Positions 8,678 to 18,580 of a DNA stretch of 64,000 bases are shown here, one piece after another. The notes below the pieces were generated by a model, which saw only the letters and a list, made by a program, of their open reading frames with translations, searched no databases and was not told where the DNA came from. The DNA comes from Candidatus Poribacteria bacterium. GTDB taxonomy: Bacteria; Poribacteria; WGA-4E; WGA-3G. How positions within the stretch are numbered: the first letter of the stretch is position 1; the number at the start of each line of letters is the position of its first letter. Both the position numbers and the translations under genes were made by a program. Location of the stretch: contig OZ243938.1 in the NCBI GenBank assembly GCA_965214095.1, positions 768,001 through 832,000 on the forward strand. Reading direction: 5' to 3'.

Positions 8678-10957
8678 CTATTCTGCTATTGCTTTTGTAA
8701 AATTACATTCTTTTGAAGCACAGGTGTGAATCGGATCACTATCTTTTGGTGTTTTCTCTACAATATAGGGAGCATCACATTCTGGACAAGGTTCTGCAAT
8801 CGGTTTATCCCAACTGGCAAAACCACAAGTTGGGTAGTTACTACAACCATAGAAGATTCTGCCGCGTTTACTGCGACGTTCTCCTAAATAACCATCACAA
8901 TCGGATTCTGGACAATCAACACCCATTGGTATCGGTTTTGCATTCTTACACTTTGGATAGTCACTACATGACATGAATTTTGCCCCAGCACGACTCTGTT
9001 TGATCACCATCTTCTCACCGCACTTATCACAAAGTTTATCTGTCTTTTCAGGTTCTGCGGCTGCAGTATCATCACCATTGAGTCGTTTGATGTTTTCACA
9101 TTCAGGATAATTGGAACATCCGAGGAAACGTCCATATTTCCCCCATTTTATAATCATGTTTCCACCGCACTTTTCACACTCCTCACCCGATTCCTCCTCC
9201 ATTGCTTTTCGTGCTTCGTACATCTTATCGGGTGCGTCCTTCAAAGCTTCTTCAAATGATGGATAAAATTCTCCAAGTGTCTCCACCCATGCAGTCTTCC
9301 CTTCTGCAATAGTATCAAGTTTCTGCTCCATCTCCTTAGTAAATTCAACATCAACAATATCAGGAAAACCGTGAATCAGAAGTTTATTCACAAGTTTCCC
9401 AACATCAGTAGGTAAGAGGCGGCGTTGTTCTTTCTCGATGTATCCACGATCCTGAATCGTAGAGAGAATTGTTGCATAAGTGCTTGGTCTACCTATACCA
9501 TTGGCTTCCAATGCTTTGACAAGTGTTGCTTCGTTATATCTCGGAGGCGGTTGCGTATAGTGTTGTTTTTCATCCAACTTACGTAAATCAAGTGTCTCAC
9601 CTTCCTTAACATCAGGCAGATTTACGTTCTCATCACTATCTCCATTCCCCTCACTCGTAACATCGTCTTGTCCTTCCATATATATACGTCTGAACCCATC
9701 AAACTTGATAACAGAACCAGTAGCGCGATATATATATTTCCCAGCCTTAATATCAATTGTTGTCGCATCAAGAATAGCGGGATTCATCTGACACGCAATA
9801 AATCGCTTCCATATCAGTTCATAGAGACGGAACTGGTCTTTGCTCAAAAATGATTTGATGGATTCAGGTGTACGCAATTGTAAAGTGGGACGAATCGCCT
9901 CATGAGCATCTTGTGCATCTTTTTTGCTCTTATAATTAATAACACGACCAGGTAAGTAATCAGAACCGTATTTAGTCTTGATATACTTTCGGACTGCAGT
10001 CAACGCATCTTGTGCAATACGGGTTGAATCAGTACGCATATAAGTGATTAGACCAACACTACCTTCATCTCCGATTGTCAAACCTTCATATAGCTGCTGT
10101 GCGATCATCATAGTTCTTTTTGCTGTAAAACGGAGTTTTCTGGACGCTTCTTGCTGGAGAGTACTCGTAATAAATGGGGGAACAGGTCTCTGTTTGCGTT
10201 CACGCTTTTGAACTTTCTCAACAACAAAGGTTTGTTCTTTTGCATCAGCAGATAATTCCTTTGCCCGTTCTTCATCTATACGAAATCCGTAATTATTTAT
10301 TTCACCTTTCTTCGTACCAATCTTATGTAGTTTTGCTGGAAAGAGATGTTCCTTTGGAGTAGGTGTGAGTGTTGCTGTTAATGTCCAATATTCTACTGGT
10401 TTGAAGGCTTCTATTTCCGCTTCACGTTCACAGATAAGTCGTACTGCAACAGATTGCACACGACCTGCACTCAACCCAGGTTTAATGCTTCTCCACAAAA
10501 TTGGACTGATCTTCCATCCAATAAGTCTATCTAAAACACGTCGTGCTTGCTGCGCATCCACAAGTGCTTGATCTATTGTTCCAGGATTTTCAATCGCTTC
10601 TAAAATTGCACTCTGCGTCACCTCATTATATATAATGCGGTAGATGGGTTTTTTCGATTTTTTCAACTCTGTCGCGAGATGCCAACAAATCGCTTCACCT
10701 TCTCTATCCGGGTCTGCTGCGAGATAGATACAATCCACCTTTTTTGCTTTTTCCTGGATTGCCTTAACGACGGGTCCTTTTCCACGAATAAGTACGTATT
10801 TTGGTGAGAAGTTATTATCAACATCAACCCCCAGTTCTTTTTTCGGAAGGTCTCGAATATGTCCAACTGAGGAATCAACTATATAGTCTTTTCCTAAAAT
10901 CTTCTCAATTGTTCTCGCTTTTGCTGGAGATTCTACAACTACTAATGATTTCGGCAT
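8678..10957 (-). CDS. topA: DNA topoisomerase I
   Basis: LVVVESPAKA, GHIRDLP, DPDREGEAI, SAGRVQS, ITYMRTDS, C-terminal C4 zinc ribbons. Confidence 0.97.
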   Translation of the reverse strand: MPKSLVVVESPAKARTIEKILGKDYIVDSSVGHIRDLPKKELGVDVDNNFSPKYVLIRGKGPVVKAIQEKAKKVDCIYLAADPDREGEAICWHLATELKKSKKPIYRIIYNEVTQSAILEAIENPGTIDQALVDAQQARRVLDRLIGWKISPILWRSIKPGLSAGRVQSVAVRLICEREAEIEAFKPVEYWTLTATLTPTPKEHLFPAKLHKIGTKKGEINNYGFRIDEERAKELSADAKEQTFVVEKVQKRERKQRPVPPFITSTLQQEASRKLRFTAKRTMMIAQQLYEGLTIGDEGSVGLITYMRTDSTRIAQDALTAVRKYIKTKYGSDYLPGRVINYKSKKDAQDAHEAIRPTLQLRTPESIKSFLSKDQFRLYELIWKRFIACQMNPAILDATTIDIKAGKYIYRATGSVIKFDGFRRIYMEGQDDVTSEGNGDSDENVNLPDVKEGETLDLRKLDEKQHYTQPPPRYNEATLVKALEANGIGRPSTYATILSTIQDRGYIEKEQRRLLPTDVGKLVNKLLIHGFPDIVDVEFTKEMEQKLDTIAEGKTAWVETLGEFYPSFEEALKDAPDKMYEARKAMEEESGEECEKCGGNMIIKWGKYGRFLGCSNYPECENIKRLNGDDTAAAEPEKTDKLCDKCGEKMVIKQSRAGAKFMSCSDYPKCKNAKPIPMGVDCPESDCDGYLGERRSKRGRIFYGCSNYPTCGFASWDKPIAEPCPECDAPYIVEKTPKDSDPIHTCASKECNFTKAIAE

Positions 10958-11338
10958 TTTTTACTTCAATTGTCCTTATATGATAGATATTATTTTAAAA
11001 GTGGAATATAATCACTCGTCTACATATTGTAATGCTTTTTCATATATCATAAGTTCTTCAGCTGCTTTTATTTAAAACGTCAGAATTCTAATATAGTGAC
11101 AGAAAAAGGCGTGATTTCACAATTCATCCACTATTGTATTCTTTTAAGAAGGAGCAAAACGCTATTCTACTGTTTGACGATGAATCTACACAATAGTTGG
11201 ATTCTGCGATAATATATCTCAAGTTTCATATCACAGAAGGTGGAAACGAGGAGCTATTTAAACAGATATTTCTATAGATAGAGTCGCATTCAATGAATGT
11301 AAATGAAAAGGGGTTAGTGAACCACATTTCAATCTGGA

Positions 11339-12112
11339 TCACTCAACGAATGAGAGCAGATCAATGAGTAACTTTCTCATTCCTGTGCGGTGAACTATAT
11401 GGTCAATAAATCCATGCGCGACCAATGACTCAGCTTTTTGGAAGTTTTCTGGTAATTCTTCTTGTAAACTCGCAACAGCCAAGGGACCTGCAAACCCGAT
11501 ACGAGCACCAGGCTCAGCAACTATAATGTCACCAAGTGATGTATAACTTGCAGTTGCTCCTCCAAACGTAGGATCTGTGACGATGGAGATATAGAAACCA
11601 CCATTTTTAGCGAATTCAGCACATGCAGCCGCTGTCTTTGCCATCTGCATTAACGCTAATGTGCCTTCTTGCATCCGCATCCCGCCACTCACAGAGACAA
11701 TAACGAGAGGTAAATTATTTTTACCGGCATACTCAATACAACGGGTAACTTTCTCACCAATGACAGCACCACAGGTTCCTCCGATAAAACCGACATCACC
11801 AATCGCAATCGCAGTCGTATTCCCACCGACTTCTGCTATTCCTGAAAGCATCTCGGATCTGAGTCCAGTTTTAGCAATGTCTCGTTCAAGTTTATCAGGG
11901 TATTCAGGGAATTCTAACGCATCTATAGAGTACAAGTTTACGTCTGTTTCTTGGAAACTGTCTTTATCAACAAGTAGGTCCAACCGTTCATGTGCACTCA
12001 TAGGGTAATGTGCATCACATTCAGGGCAAACCTTTAGGTTCTTGGTAAATGCCTTTACTTTGATATCTGCATCGCAATGTCTGCATGTGAAGGATTCGGG
12101 GGTCTTGTCCAT
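11339..12112 (-). CDS. accD: Acetyl-CoA carboxylase carboxyltransferase beta subunit
   Basis: N-terminal CxxC...CxxC zinc finger, SGGMRMQEG, LMQMAKT, AEPGARIGFAG. Confidence 0.9.
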   Translation of the reverse strand: MDKTPESFTCRHCDADIKVKAFTKNLKVCPECDAHYPMSAHERLDLLVDKDSFQETDVNLYSIDALEFPEYPDKLERDIAKTGLRSEMLSGIAEVGGNTTAIAIGDVGFIGGTCGAVIGEKVTRCIEYAGKNNLPLVIVSVSGGMRMQEGTLALMQMAKTAAACAEFAKNGGFYISIVTDPTFGGATASYTSLGDIIVAEPGARIGFAGPLAVASLQEELPENFQKAESLVAHGFIDHIVHRTGMRKLLIDLLSFVE

Positions 12113-12151
12113 GTTATACGCCTAATGATGGTATACAATTCATTCCTTTTA

Positions 12152-12180
12152 ATGATACTCTCAACAGTCGGGTTTGTCAA
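12152..12180 (-). promoter_or_regulatory. sigma70-type promoter of accD
   Basis: Minus strand TTGACA (12180-12175), 17 nt, TATCAT (12157-12152). Confidence 0.6.
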
Positions 12181-12266
12181 CCTAAATATCCCCTTATCCA
12201 ACATCAGAAGTCTGGACAAGAGGATATGAGATAGAAAGAATACCTTAAATTATTCACTTTGTAGAA

Positions 12267-13028
12267 TTATTGAGCAGAAATAGAACCTTTAATTTGTCCC
12301 CACCGTGTAGCAAGTTTCCCTTCAGCCTCTACTGACAAAAACGCATCAAAACCATCACCTAATGCGTTGATCTCATCCTCATTGAGTGCTCGTGAAAGAA
12401 TTACAGCATCATCTATTGCACCACCATATCCTTCACCACCTTCACCACCGAGACGGTAGGTTGTATTAGCACCGCGGGTTTCTTGAAAGTCTGTTTCTTT
12501 CGCCAACTTGCCATTAACATATATCCTGTATTTCTTACCATCACTTTGAACGACAGCATGACTCCACTCACCTTGTTTGATGTCACCACCATCGGTTTGG
12601 CATAGGATAGTCCAACCCCCGACTTGTCCTCGCCATGACAATAGACCTTGTACGGAGTTAACAAAGAGAGTATTATGACCTGCGTCACCCGGTAGACTTC
12701 GCCAGATTTGTTGCCATTCTCCACCCTCAAATGTCGGATTGATCCATACAGAAAGAGTAAATGGGTCTGTCTTGAATAGATCCCCATGCAATGTTTCAGA
12801 TACCGTCATCTCAACGTGTGTACCGACATCAAGATGAATTGCTTCTTTAAATTCTCCATTATCCCAATTTGAACCACCTTTAATCACGCCATGGTTTTCG
12901 TTTCCTGATGAATCTTCTGCATCACCATCAAATGAATAGTATGCGACTAAAGCATCTTCTGCTGAAACACCAGTAATCAAGCACATAAGAAAAGCAGAAC
13001 ATGCCAATACAAATAACGTTCTTTTCAT
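12267..13028 (-). CDS. Secreted LamG/concanavalin A-like domain protein; its RBS is displaced by an IS605-type insertion
   Basis: Signal peptide, LVAYYSFDG...DSSGN, WSHAV, IYVNG, GAIDD, RAL...EI; C-terminal VEAEGKLATRWGQIK. Confidence 0.85.
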   Translation of the reverse strand: MKRTLFVLACSAFLMCLITGVSAEDALVAYYSFDGDAEDSSGNENHGVIKGGSNWDNGEFKEAIHLDVGTHVEMTVSETLHGDLFKTDPFTLSVWINPTFEGGEWQQIWRSLPGDAGHNTLFVNSVQGLLSWRGQVGGWTILCQTDGGDIKQGEWSHAVVQSDGKKYRIYVNGKLAKETDFQETRGANTTYRLGGEGGEGYGGAIDDAVILSRALNEDEINALGDGFDAFLSVEAEGKLATRWGQIKGSISAQ

Positions 13029-13434
13029 CTAATCTTCGGGCAGGAGACCCAATCCTTTAGGTTTGGGAGGAATGCCCGCTCCTATGTTTTTCTTGACAAT
13101 AAATGTCAAACTTGCTAAAATATATTCGGAAAGTTCAATCACACGTAGTCGTGTGTGAGGTTGTCCGCAGTCTTTGGTGCTATATGTTGCGGAGCATAAA
13201 ACTGAAAAACATATACGCTCTCACTACCATAGACACATAACAATTGAGTGGTAGGGACATGGGAGGTAAAAAACCCAGTCCGAAAAACACACTCTCAAAT
13301 AATAAGTTGCTCTTTTAGAGCAAGTGAGGTTGCTTAGAACCCACTGTGGAGACGAAATAAGACGGATGATCCTTTTGGTGAAACGCAACGTCTATGAAGC
13401 ACAAGCCCAACCCTTTAGGTTTGGGTACTATGAC
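13029..13434 (+). mobile_element. Non-autonomous IS200/IS605-family element (no TnpA/TnpB ORF)
   Basis: Left hairpin CCCAATCCTTTAGGTTTGGG (13048-13067) and right hairpin CCCAACCCTTTAGGTTTGGG (13406-13425); guide GAGA at +16..+19 fits left cleavage site TCAT; guide CAAG fits right end TGAC; no target duplication. Confidence 0.85.
13093..13121 (+). promoter_or_regulatory. Near-consensus sigma70 promoter inside the IS605-type element
   Basis: TTGACA (13093-13098), 17 nt, TAAAAT (13116-13121) with extended -10 TG; palindrome TTGACA-N5-TGTCAA overlaps the -35. Confidence 0.7.
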
Positions 13435-13454
13435 CGTATACACTCCTTTTTGAT
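13128..13454 (+). ncRNA. Putative TnpB-type omega-RNA (reRNA) with 3' guide from flanking DNA; boundaries approximate
   Basis: Downstream of promoter; hairpins at 13140-13155, 13164-13193, 13307-13323; 3' signature CTGTGGAGACG...CGTCTATGAAGC + right-end hairpin resembles TnpB element ends; no ORF of 60 aa or more. Confidence 0.55.
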
Positions 13455-13660
13455 CTCATTTTCAATATATTCTGTGAATTTTCGACACTATAGAAACAAT
13501 TAGACACTTTGTGCAAGTTTTTTTCTTTTAGCAATACTATCACACATAAGAAATAATGTCAATTTTGGCAGGTGTCTTCAAATTTTAAGGATTCGTAAAT
13601 ATAGAGGTTAACTTTCTGTTAAGTCCCTGAATCGGTTCATCACTGAATTTATTGGATATA

Positions 13661-13712
13661 TTGATTCTTGTCTGAACCAAGATTTTCAGGATTAGTAGAT
13701 TTATAGGATTAT
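13661..13712 (+). repeat. Dispersed repeat TTGTCTGAAC..GATTTTCAGGATT (family C)
   Basis: Shares TTGATTCTTGTCTGAAC...GATTTTCAGGATTA with 47560-47594 and matches inverted copy at 47688-47713. Confidence 0.7.
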
Positions 13713-13749
13713 GCTTCTGATGTTACAAGGTGGTATTTGAAGATAGACA

Positions 13750-13771
13750 GCACGCGGAGCGTGCCTACTAC
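13750..13771 (-). repeat. GTAG-type REP hairpin
   Basis: Minus strand GTAGTAG-GCACGC-TCC-GCGTGC, just downstream of the hydantoinase gene. Confidence 0.55.
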
Positions 13772-13804
13772 TATGAATGTAAGGTTTACTAAATTTACTA
13801 AAGA

Positions 13805-15877
13805 TTATTGTTGTTGCTGTAATATCAGATTCTCATACGAATCAACATAAGCAGAAAAATTGGGGGGAACGACCGAAGTAGCACTAAATTCGACGATGAC
13901 GGCAGGTCCTGCAATCCGATTGCCGGGTCGCAGTGACTCACGTTGATAAAAATTGGTCGAATATGTTTCACCTTCAAAATCCATGGGGTGTGTAGCAATT
14001 GGTGCATCAGAAAGTTCAACATCTGTCAGTGTATTCGACTTGATTTCTGGTTTATCCGTTTCACCGATTGCTGATAGACGGAGATTCACCACCTCCACCG
14101 ATGCTTCAGGACGCGCATAACTAAATCGCTGTTCGTGTAAGGAATGAAATTGGTTTACAAAATCGGAGTTTTCATTTTCATAACTAACATTTAACTCATA
14201 AGATTGACCTTCATAACGTATATCAAGTGAACGTTTGATTATGAGTTGAGAGAATTCAATATCCTCCATATCCATATCAACTTCGGCAAGTGCAACTAAT
14301 GTTTCAAAACCTTTCTCCAATTGTGTATGTATATCTATGTTGTCAACAGCAATTTTCAATAACACCGTCTGTGAATAATCTTTGACAACATCAGCATATA
14401 ACATGCCGTAAGCAGAAAGAAGACCACCATTCGGTGGTATCAACACATTTTGCATACCGAGGTTTTCCGCAAGAAACGCTGCATGCAAACCACCTGCACC
14501 ACCAAACGAAATGAGTGTAAAATCGCGAGTATCATACCCCCGTTCAACAGAAATCACTTTAATTGCACGTTCCATCGTTGCATTTGCGATTTTCAATATG
14601 CCATCAGCAGTATCACGTGGAGATAATCCCAGGTTTTCAGAAAACTCATGTATATACTGACGCGTCATATCAGATTCAAGCGACATCCTTCCACCTAAAA
14701 ATAGTGTCGGTAAAATACGACCTAAGAATAAATTCGCATCCGTAACAGTTATGTCTTTTCCGTTGTTTCCATAACATATCGGTCCAGGGTCAGCACCGGC
14801 ACTTTCAGGACCAACACGCAACGCACCACCAGAATCTACATAAGCAATTGAACCACCACCAGCACCCACCGTATGAATATCAATAAGAGGTACTTTGATA
14901 GGCAACCCACTGATATTACTTTCGGTTGTCATCGAGATATCACCATCACATAAACTCACATCAGTTGATGTTCCACCCATATCAAAAGTGATAATCTTTT
15001 CATACCCTGCAGTTTTAGCAATATGATATGCACCCATCACGCCTCCTGCAGGACCTGAAAGCACAGTTTGAATTCCAGCAGATTCAAAATTATTCGTTGA
15101 AATACATCCACCATTGGATAGCATCAATTGGAAAAATTGGGGAAAATCATCGGAATTCCTTAGTGTAGAAAGATGTTTTTCTAATGTCGGACGAATATAC
15201 GCGTTGGCAACAGTGGTACTAAATCGCGCATACTCACGATATTCGGGTAAAATTTGGTGAGAACATGAAATCGGTATATTCAAACGATTAGTTAGATATT
15301 CCGAGACAACCAACTCATTAGTAGGATTGATATAGGAAAAGAGAAAACAAATCGCAATTGCATCTAAGTCTAAAGATAAAAGCCGTTTAACCAGATCTTC
15401 AAGATCGGATGTCTTTATTTCAGTCTGAATCTCACCAGTGTGTAATGTCCGTTCAATAATACCGAATCGCAGATCTACAGGCACGAGCGGAGGTGGACGT
15501 TGAACATTTATATCATATAGATGAGGACGCGCCTGTCTACCTATTTCTAAAATATCTTCAAAACCCATTGTCGTAACAACTGCGATCCGTGCACCTCTAC
15601 GTTCCAGCAATGCATTTGTAGCAACGGTAGAACCGTGAACGATATCCACATCTTGATATGAATTGATATTATGCTGACTTAGGATTTCGCTAACACCCTT
15701 AATAACAGCAAGAGCAGGATTTTGAGGTGTCGACAAAACCTTATGTGTGAAGAGATTCTGATTCACAGACATCACAATATCTGTGAAAGTGCCACCGGTA
15801 TCAACACCTATTTTTCTAATTCCATTCTTTTCTTGCATGTGTTGGCTTTTCATTTGGAAGGGGTTGCATACAATCAT
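13805..15877 (-). CDS. Hydantoinase A / 5-oxoprolinase alpha-type subunit
   Basis: GVDTGGTFTD, HGSTVATNALLE, SGPAGG, DMGGTSTD, GAGGGS, VGPESAGADPGP, FGGAGGLH. Confidence 0.92.
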   Translation of the reverse strand: MIVCNPFQMKSQHMQEKNGIRKIGVDTGGTFTDIVMSVNQNLFTHKVLSTPQNPALAVIKGVSEILSQHNINSYQDVDIVHGSTVATNALLERRGARIAVVTTMGFEDILEIGRQARPHLYDINVQRPPPLVPVDLRFGIIERTLHTGEIQTEIKTSDLEDLVKRLLSLDLDAIAICFLFSYINPTNELVVSEYLTNRLNIPISCSHQILPEYREYARFSTTVANAYIRPTLEKHLSTLRNSDDFPQFFQLMLSNGGCISTNNFESAGIQTVLSGPAGGVMGAYHIAKTAGYEKIITFDMGGTSTDVSLCDGDISMTTESNISGLPIKVPLIDIHTVGAGGGSIAYVDSGGALRVGPESAGADPGPICYGNNGKDITVTDANLFLGRILPTLFLGGRMSLESDMTRQYIHEFSENLGLSPRDTADGILKIANATMERAIKVISVERGYDTRDFTLISFGGAGGLHAAFLAENLGMQNVLIPPNGGLLSAYGMLYADVVKDYSQTVLLKIAVDNIDIHTQLEKGFETLVALAEVDMDMEDIEFSQLIIKRSLDIRYEGQSYELNVSYENENSDFVNQFHSLHEQRFSYARPEASVEVVNLRLSAIGETDKPEIKSNTLTDVELSDAPIATHPMDFEGETYSTNFYQRESLRPGNRIAGPAVIVEFSATSVVPPNFSAYVDSYENLILQQQQ

Positions 15878-16833
15878 ACAACCACATTTTGTGGATTACC
15901 GTTTAAGAATGCGATGATATTGTCAACTGCACCTTCATTAAGCAAATCAACGCCTTCAGGAGTCATATCTGCACAATGGGGTGTCAAAATTACCTGTTCA
16001 CAGGATAGCAGTGGATGGTCTTTTGGAATCGGTTCTTGATCATAGACATCAATTGCTGCCCCACCAAGATGTCCATTATTTAATGATTGGATTAATGCGT
16101 CTGTATCTAAAACTTGTCCGCGTGCTACATTAATTAGGAGAGCATTTGGTTTCATCATTGTAAATTCACGTTCACCGATAAGATGATAACTTTCTTCTGT
16201 CAATTTAACATGAAGACTCACAACATCAGATAAACGTAGCAGATCATCAAAGGATACATATTTTACACTGAGTTGATTTGCACGTTCTGAGGAAGGATTG
16301 TATGTCCACGCAATGACGTTCATTCCAATTGCATTCGCAAGCCGTGCCATTTCAGAACCGATATGTCCGGTACCGATAATCCCCAAAGTTTTACCTTGCA
16401 GATACACATTATCCATTCTTGGCCAGTCACCAGTTTTCAACGCAGATGTCATGAACGCAGCACGTTTCGCAAGTGCGAACATCAAACCGAAACCATGTTC
16501 TGCAACGACAGGGGCAGTTCGACCCGGTTGATTGCAAACGACAACCCCTCGCTCTTTTGTTACTTCAAGATCAATCATATCTGTCCCAATTGAGCAGAGT
16601 GAAATCATCTTGAGTTTTGGCAAATGAGGCAAGACATCTGCATGCCATTTTACCATCCCTCGTGAGTTGATAAGAATATCTGCTTCAGATGCACGACTAA
16701 TCTTTTCTACAACAGTTTCTGGTCGATCCTTATACAGTACAATATCGCCATAAGGTTGGAGACGATTTAAATGTGGAGATCCTTGAATCTGGGGCGGTGA
16801 GTCACCAGGAACTACAATCTTGAGTCTATCCAA
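15874..16833 (-). CDS. D-isomer-specific 2-hydroxyacid dehydrogenase
   Basis: GIIGTGHIG, SDVVSLH, LINVARG, AAIDVYDQEP, LTPH. Confidence 0.92.
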   Translation of the reverse strand: MDRLKIVVPGDSPPQIQGSPHLNRLQPYGDIVLYKDRPETVVEKISRASEADILINSRGMVKWHADVLPHLPKLKMISLCSIGTDMIDLEVTKERGVVVCNQPGRTAPVVAEHGFGLMFALAKRAAFMTSALKTGDWPRMDNVYLQGKTLGIIGTGHIGSEMARLANAIGMNVIAWTYNPSSERANQLSVKYVSFDDLLRLSDVVSLHVKLTEESYHLIGEREFTMMKPNALLINVARGQVLDTDALIQSLNNGHLGGAAIDVYDQEPIPKDHPLLSCEQVILTPHCADMTPEGVDLLNEGAVDNIIAFLNGNPQNVVV

Positions 16834-16845
16834 AAATTCTATTCC

Positions 16846-17850
16846 TTACTTTTCGTCAGATTTCGTTTGTGAACGTAAATGTGGGACCGTAATTCCACCT
16901 TTTACAATTTTCTTCTTGAATTCCTCAACCTTATTGAGTATTTCCGCAGACAACAGTGATTTATTGTCTTTATCTACAATGTATTCTATTCCACCCTCTT
17001 TTAGACCGTAGTTTTTCATACCACCGGTAAAAGTATCAGATACAACATGTTCAATCATCTGATAAACTGACAGTTCCACGCCTTTAATTATACTGGTGAG
17101 CACTTGACCTGGAAGTAAACCGTTTCCATTGGAATCTACCCATATAATATATTTCTTCGTCTCTTTCGCAGCTTCAAGCACACCTAATCCACTCGCGCCA
17201 GCAGCAGCGATAATTATATCAGCACCTTTTTTATATTGGGCAAGAGCCAATTCTTTTCCTTTAGCAGGATCATCAAATGCCTGCGGTGTTACTCCTACAT
17301 AATTCACAAGGAGTTCGATTTCTGGATCTGTTGCTTTGATACCAGCAGCAAAACCAATTTCAAATGCTTCAACAAGAGGAATTTTCATTCCACCTACAAA
17401 CCCAACTTTTTTCGTTTCTGTTTTCATCGCTGCGATAACACCTGCGAGAAATGTCCCTTCGTGTGCTTTATATATCAACGAAGCAACGTTTTCAGGTTTA
17501 GCAACAGCATCAATCAATGCAAAGTTGACATCAGGGAAATCAGGCGCGACTCGTTCCATCGGTTCTCGAAAAAGAAAACCGACCCCAATGATCAGATCAT
17601 ATTTTAATTTTGCAAGTCGGCGAACAGCCATTTCCGTATCGGTGTTCTGTACAGGATTTATTTCGGTCAGTTTGATATCCCATTTTTCTTCAGCCTTTTT
17701 TGCACCAGCATACGCGGCATCACAAAAAGACAGGTCACCACGTCCGCGCACATCATAGATAAGTCCAACTTTAATCTTTGCAAATAATGATTGACTGATT
17801 ACAAGCACACTGATACATAAACATAAGATTAGTAAGAAATTTTTCCTCAA
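16846..17850 (-). CDS. BMP/PnrA-family ABC substrate-binding protein (purine nucleoside type)
   Basis: GRGDLSF, IIGVGF, EGTFLAG, GFVGGM, FDDPAKGKELA, GASGLGV. Confidence 0.88.
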   Translation of the reverse strand: MRKNFLLILCLCISVLVISQSLFAKIKVGLIYDVRGRGDLSFCDAAYAGAKKAEEKWDIKLTEINPVQNTDTEMAVRRLAKLKYDLIIGVGFLFREPMERVAPDFPDVNFALIDAVAKPENVASLIYKAHEGTFLAGVIAAMKTETKKVGFVGGMKIPLVEAFEIGFAAGIKATDPEIELLVNYVGVTPQAFDDPAKGKELALAQYKKGADIIIAAAGASGLGVLEAAKETKKYIIWVDSNGNGLLPGQVLTSIIKGVELSVYQMIEHVVSDTFTGGMKNYGLKEGGIEYIVDKDNKSLLSAEILNKVEEFKKKIVKGGITVPHLRSQTKSDEK

Positions 17851-18580
17851 GACTATCCCTCCTGAAATAAAATGAAAAGGTTTCTTTGATGAGATACAAT
17901 ATTGGAAATATGAAAGATTATATAATTAGAATACACCATTGAGAATACGAATGCAAGATATTTCCAATTTGAATACAACATGAAGGAGATGTGGCAAAAG
18001 CTAAATGTTACTACTATAACAATTGTAAAAATAAGTTTAAATTCGTTCACTTTTGACACAGAAAAAATAGTGTTAGATAATTACACTTATACAACACTAT
18101 CCTAAATTAGGATATGTTAATCTTGTTAACATTGATAAGAGCCGATTTTTCATACCATACGCACCTCATTAACAAATCTGTTATAGTTCATCAAACCATT
18201 GACGTTGATAGCATTGCGTGGTAAAATAAATGAAATAATTCTTGAACTAACCATATCGTATAGTATCAGAACATCCAAATACAATTACCAAATCTGCTAT
18301 ATTCACACTAAATCCGGTGTTTTATACGAAAGCAGTTAAAAAACTGAGTATAGACAGAATATCCATAGATAAATTTTTAGCCAAAATTTGAAACTTTACT
18401 TTATTCGCATATTTCAGTGTTTTTGTGTGTATTATATATGACAAGTAACAAAAAATGCGTTGTACGCCAACGTGAGCATTAAAATTTCAAGTGATTTTCT
18501 AAGGTTTTTCTCATACATACAATTTTCCTGTTTTGTTGTTTAATTTAAAATTCTCTCCCAATCATTATCATTTGACTCCT

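Noticed and set aside
17853-18059. 68-aa hydrophobic ORF
   Set aside because: Composition explained by AT-rich DNA; no RBS or motif support
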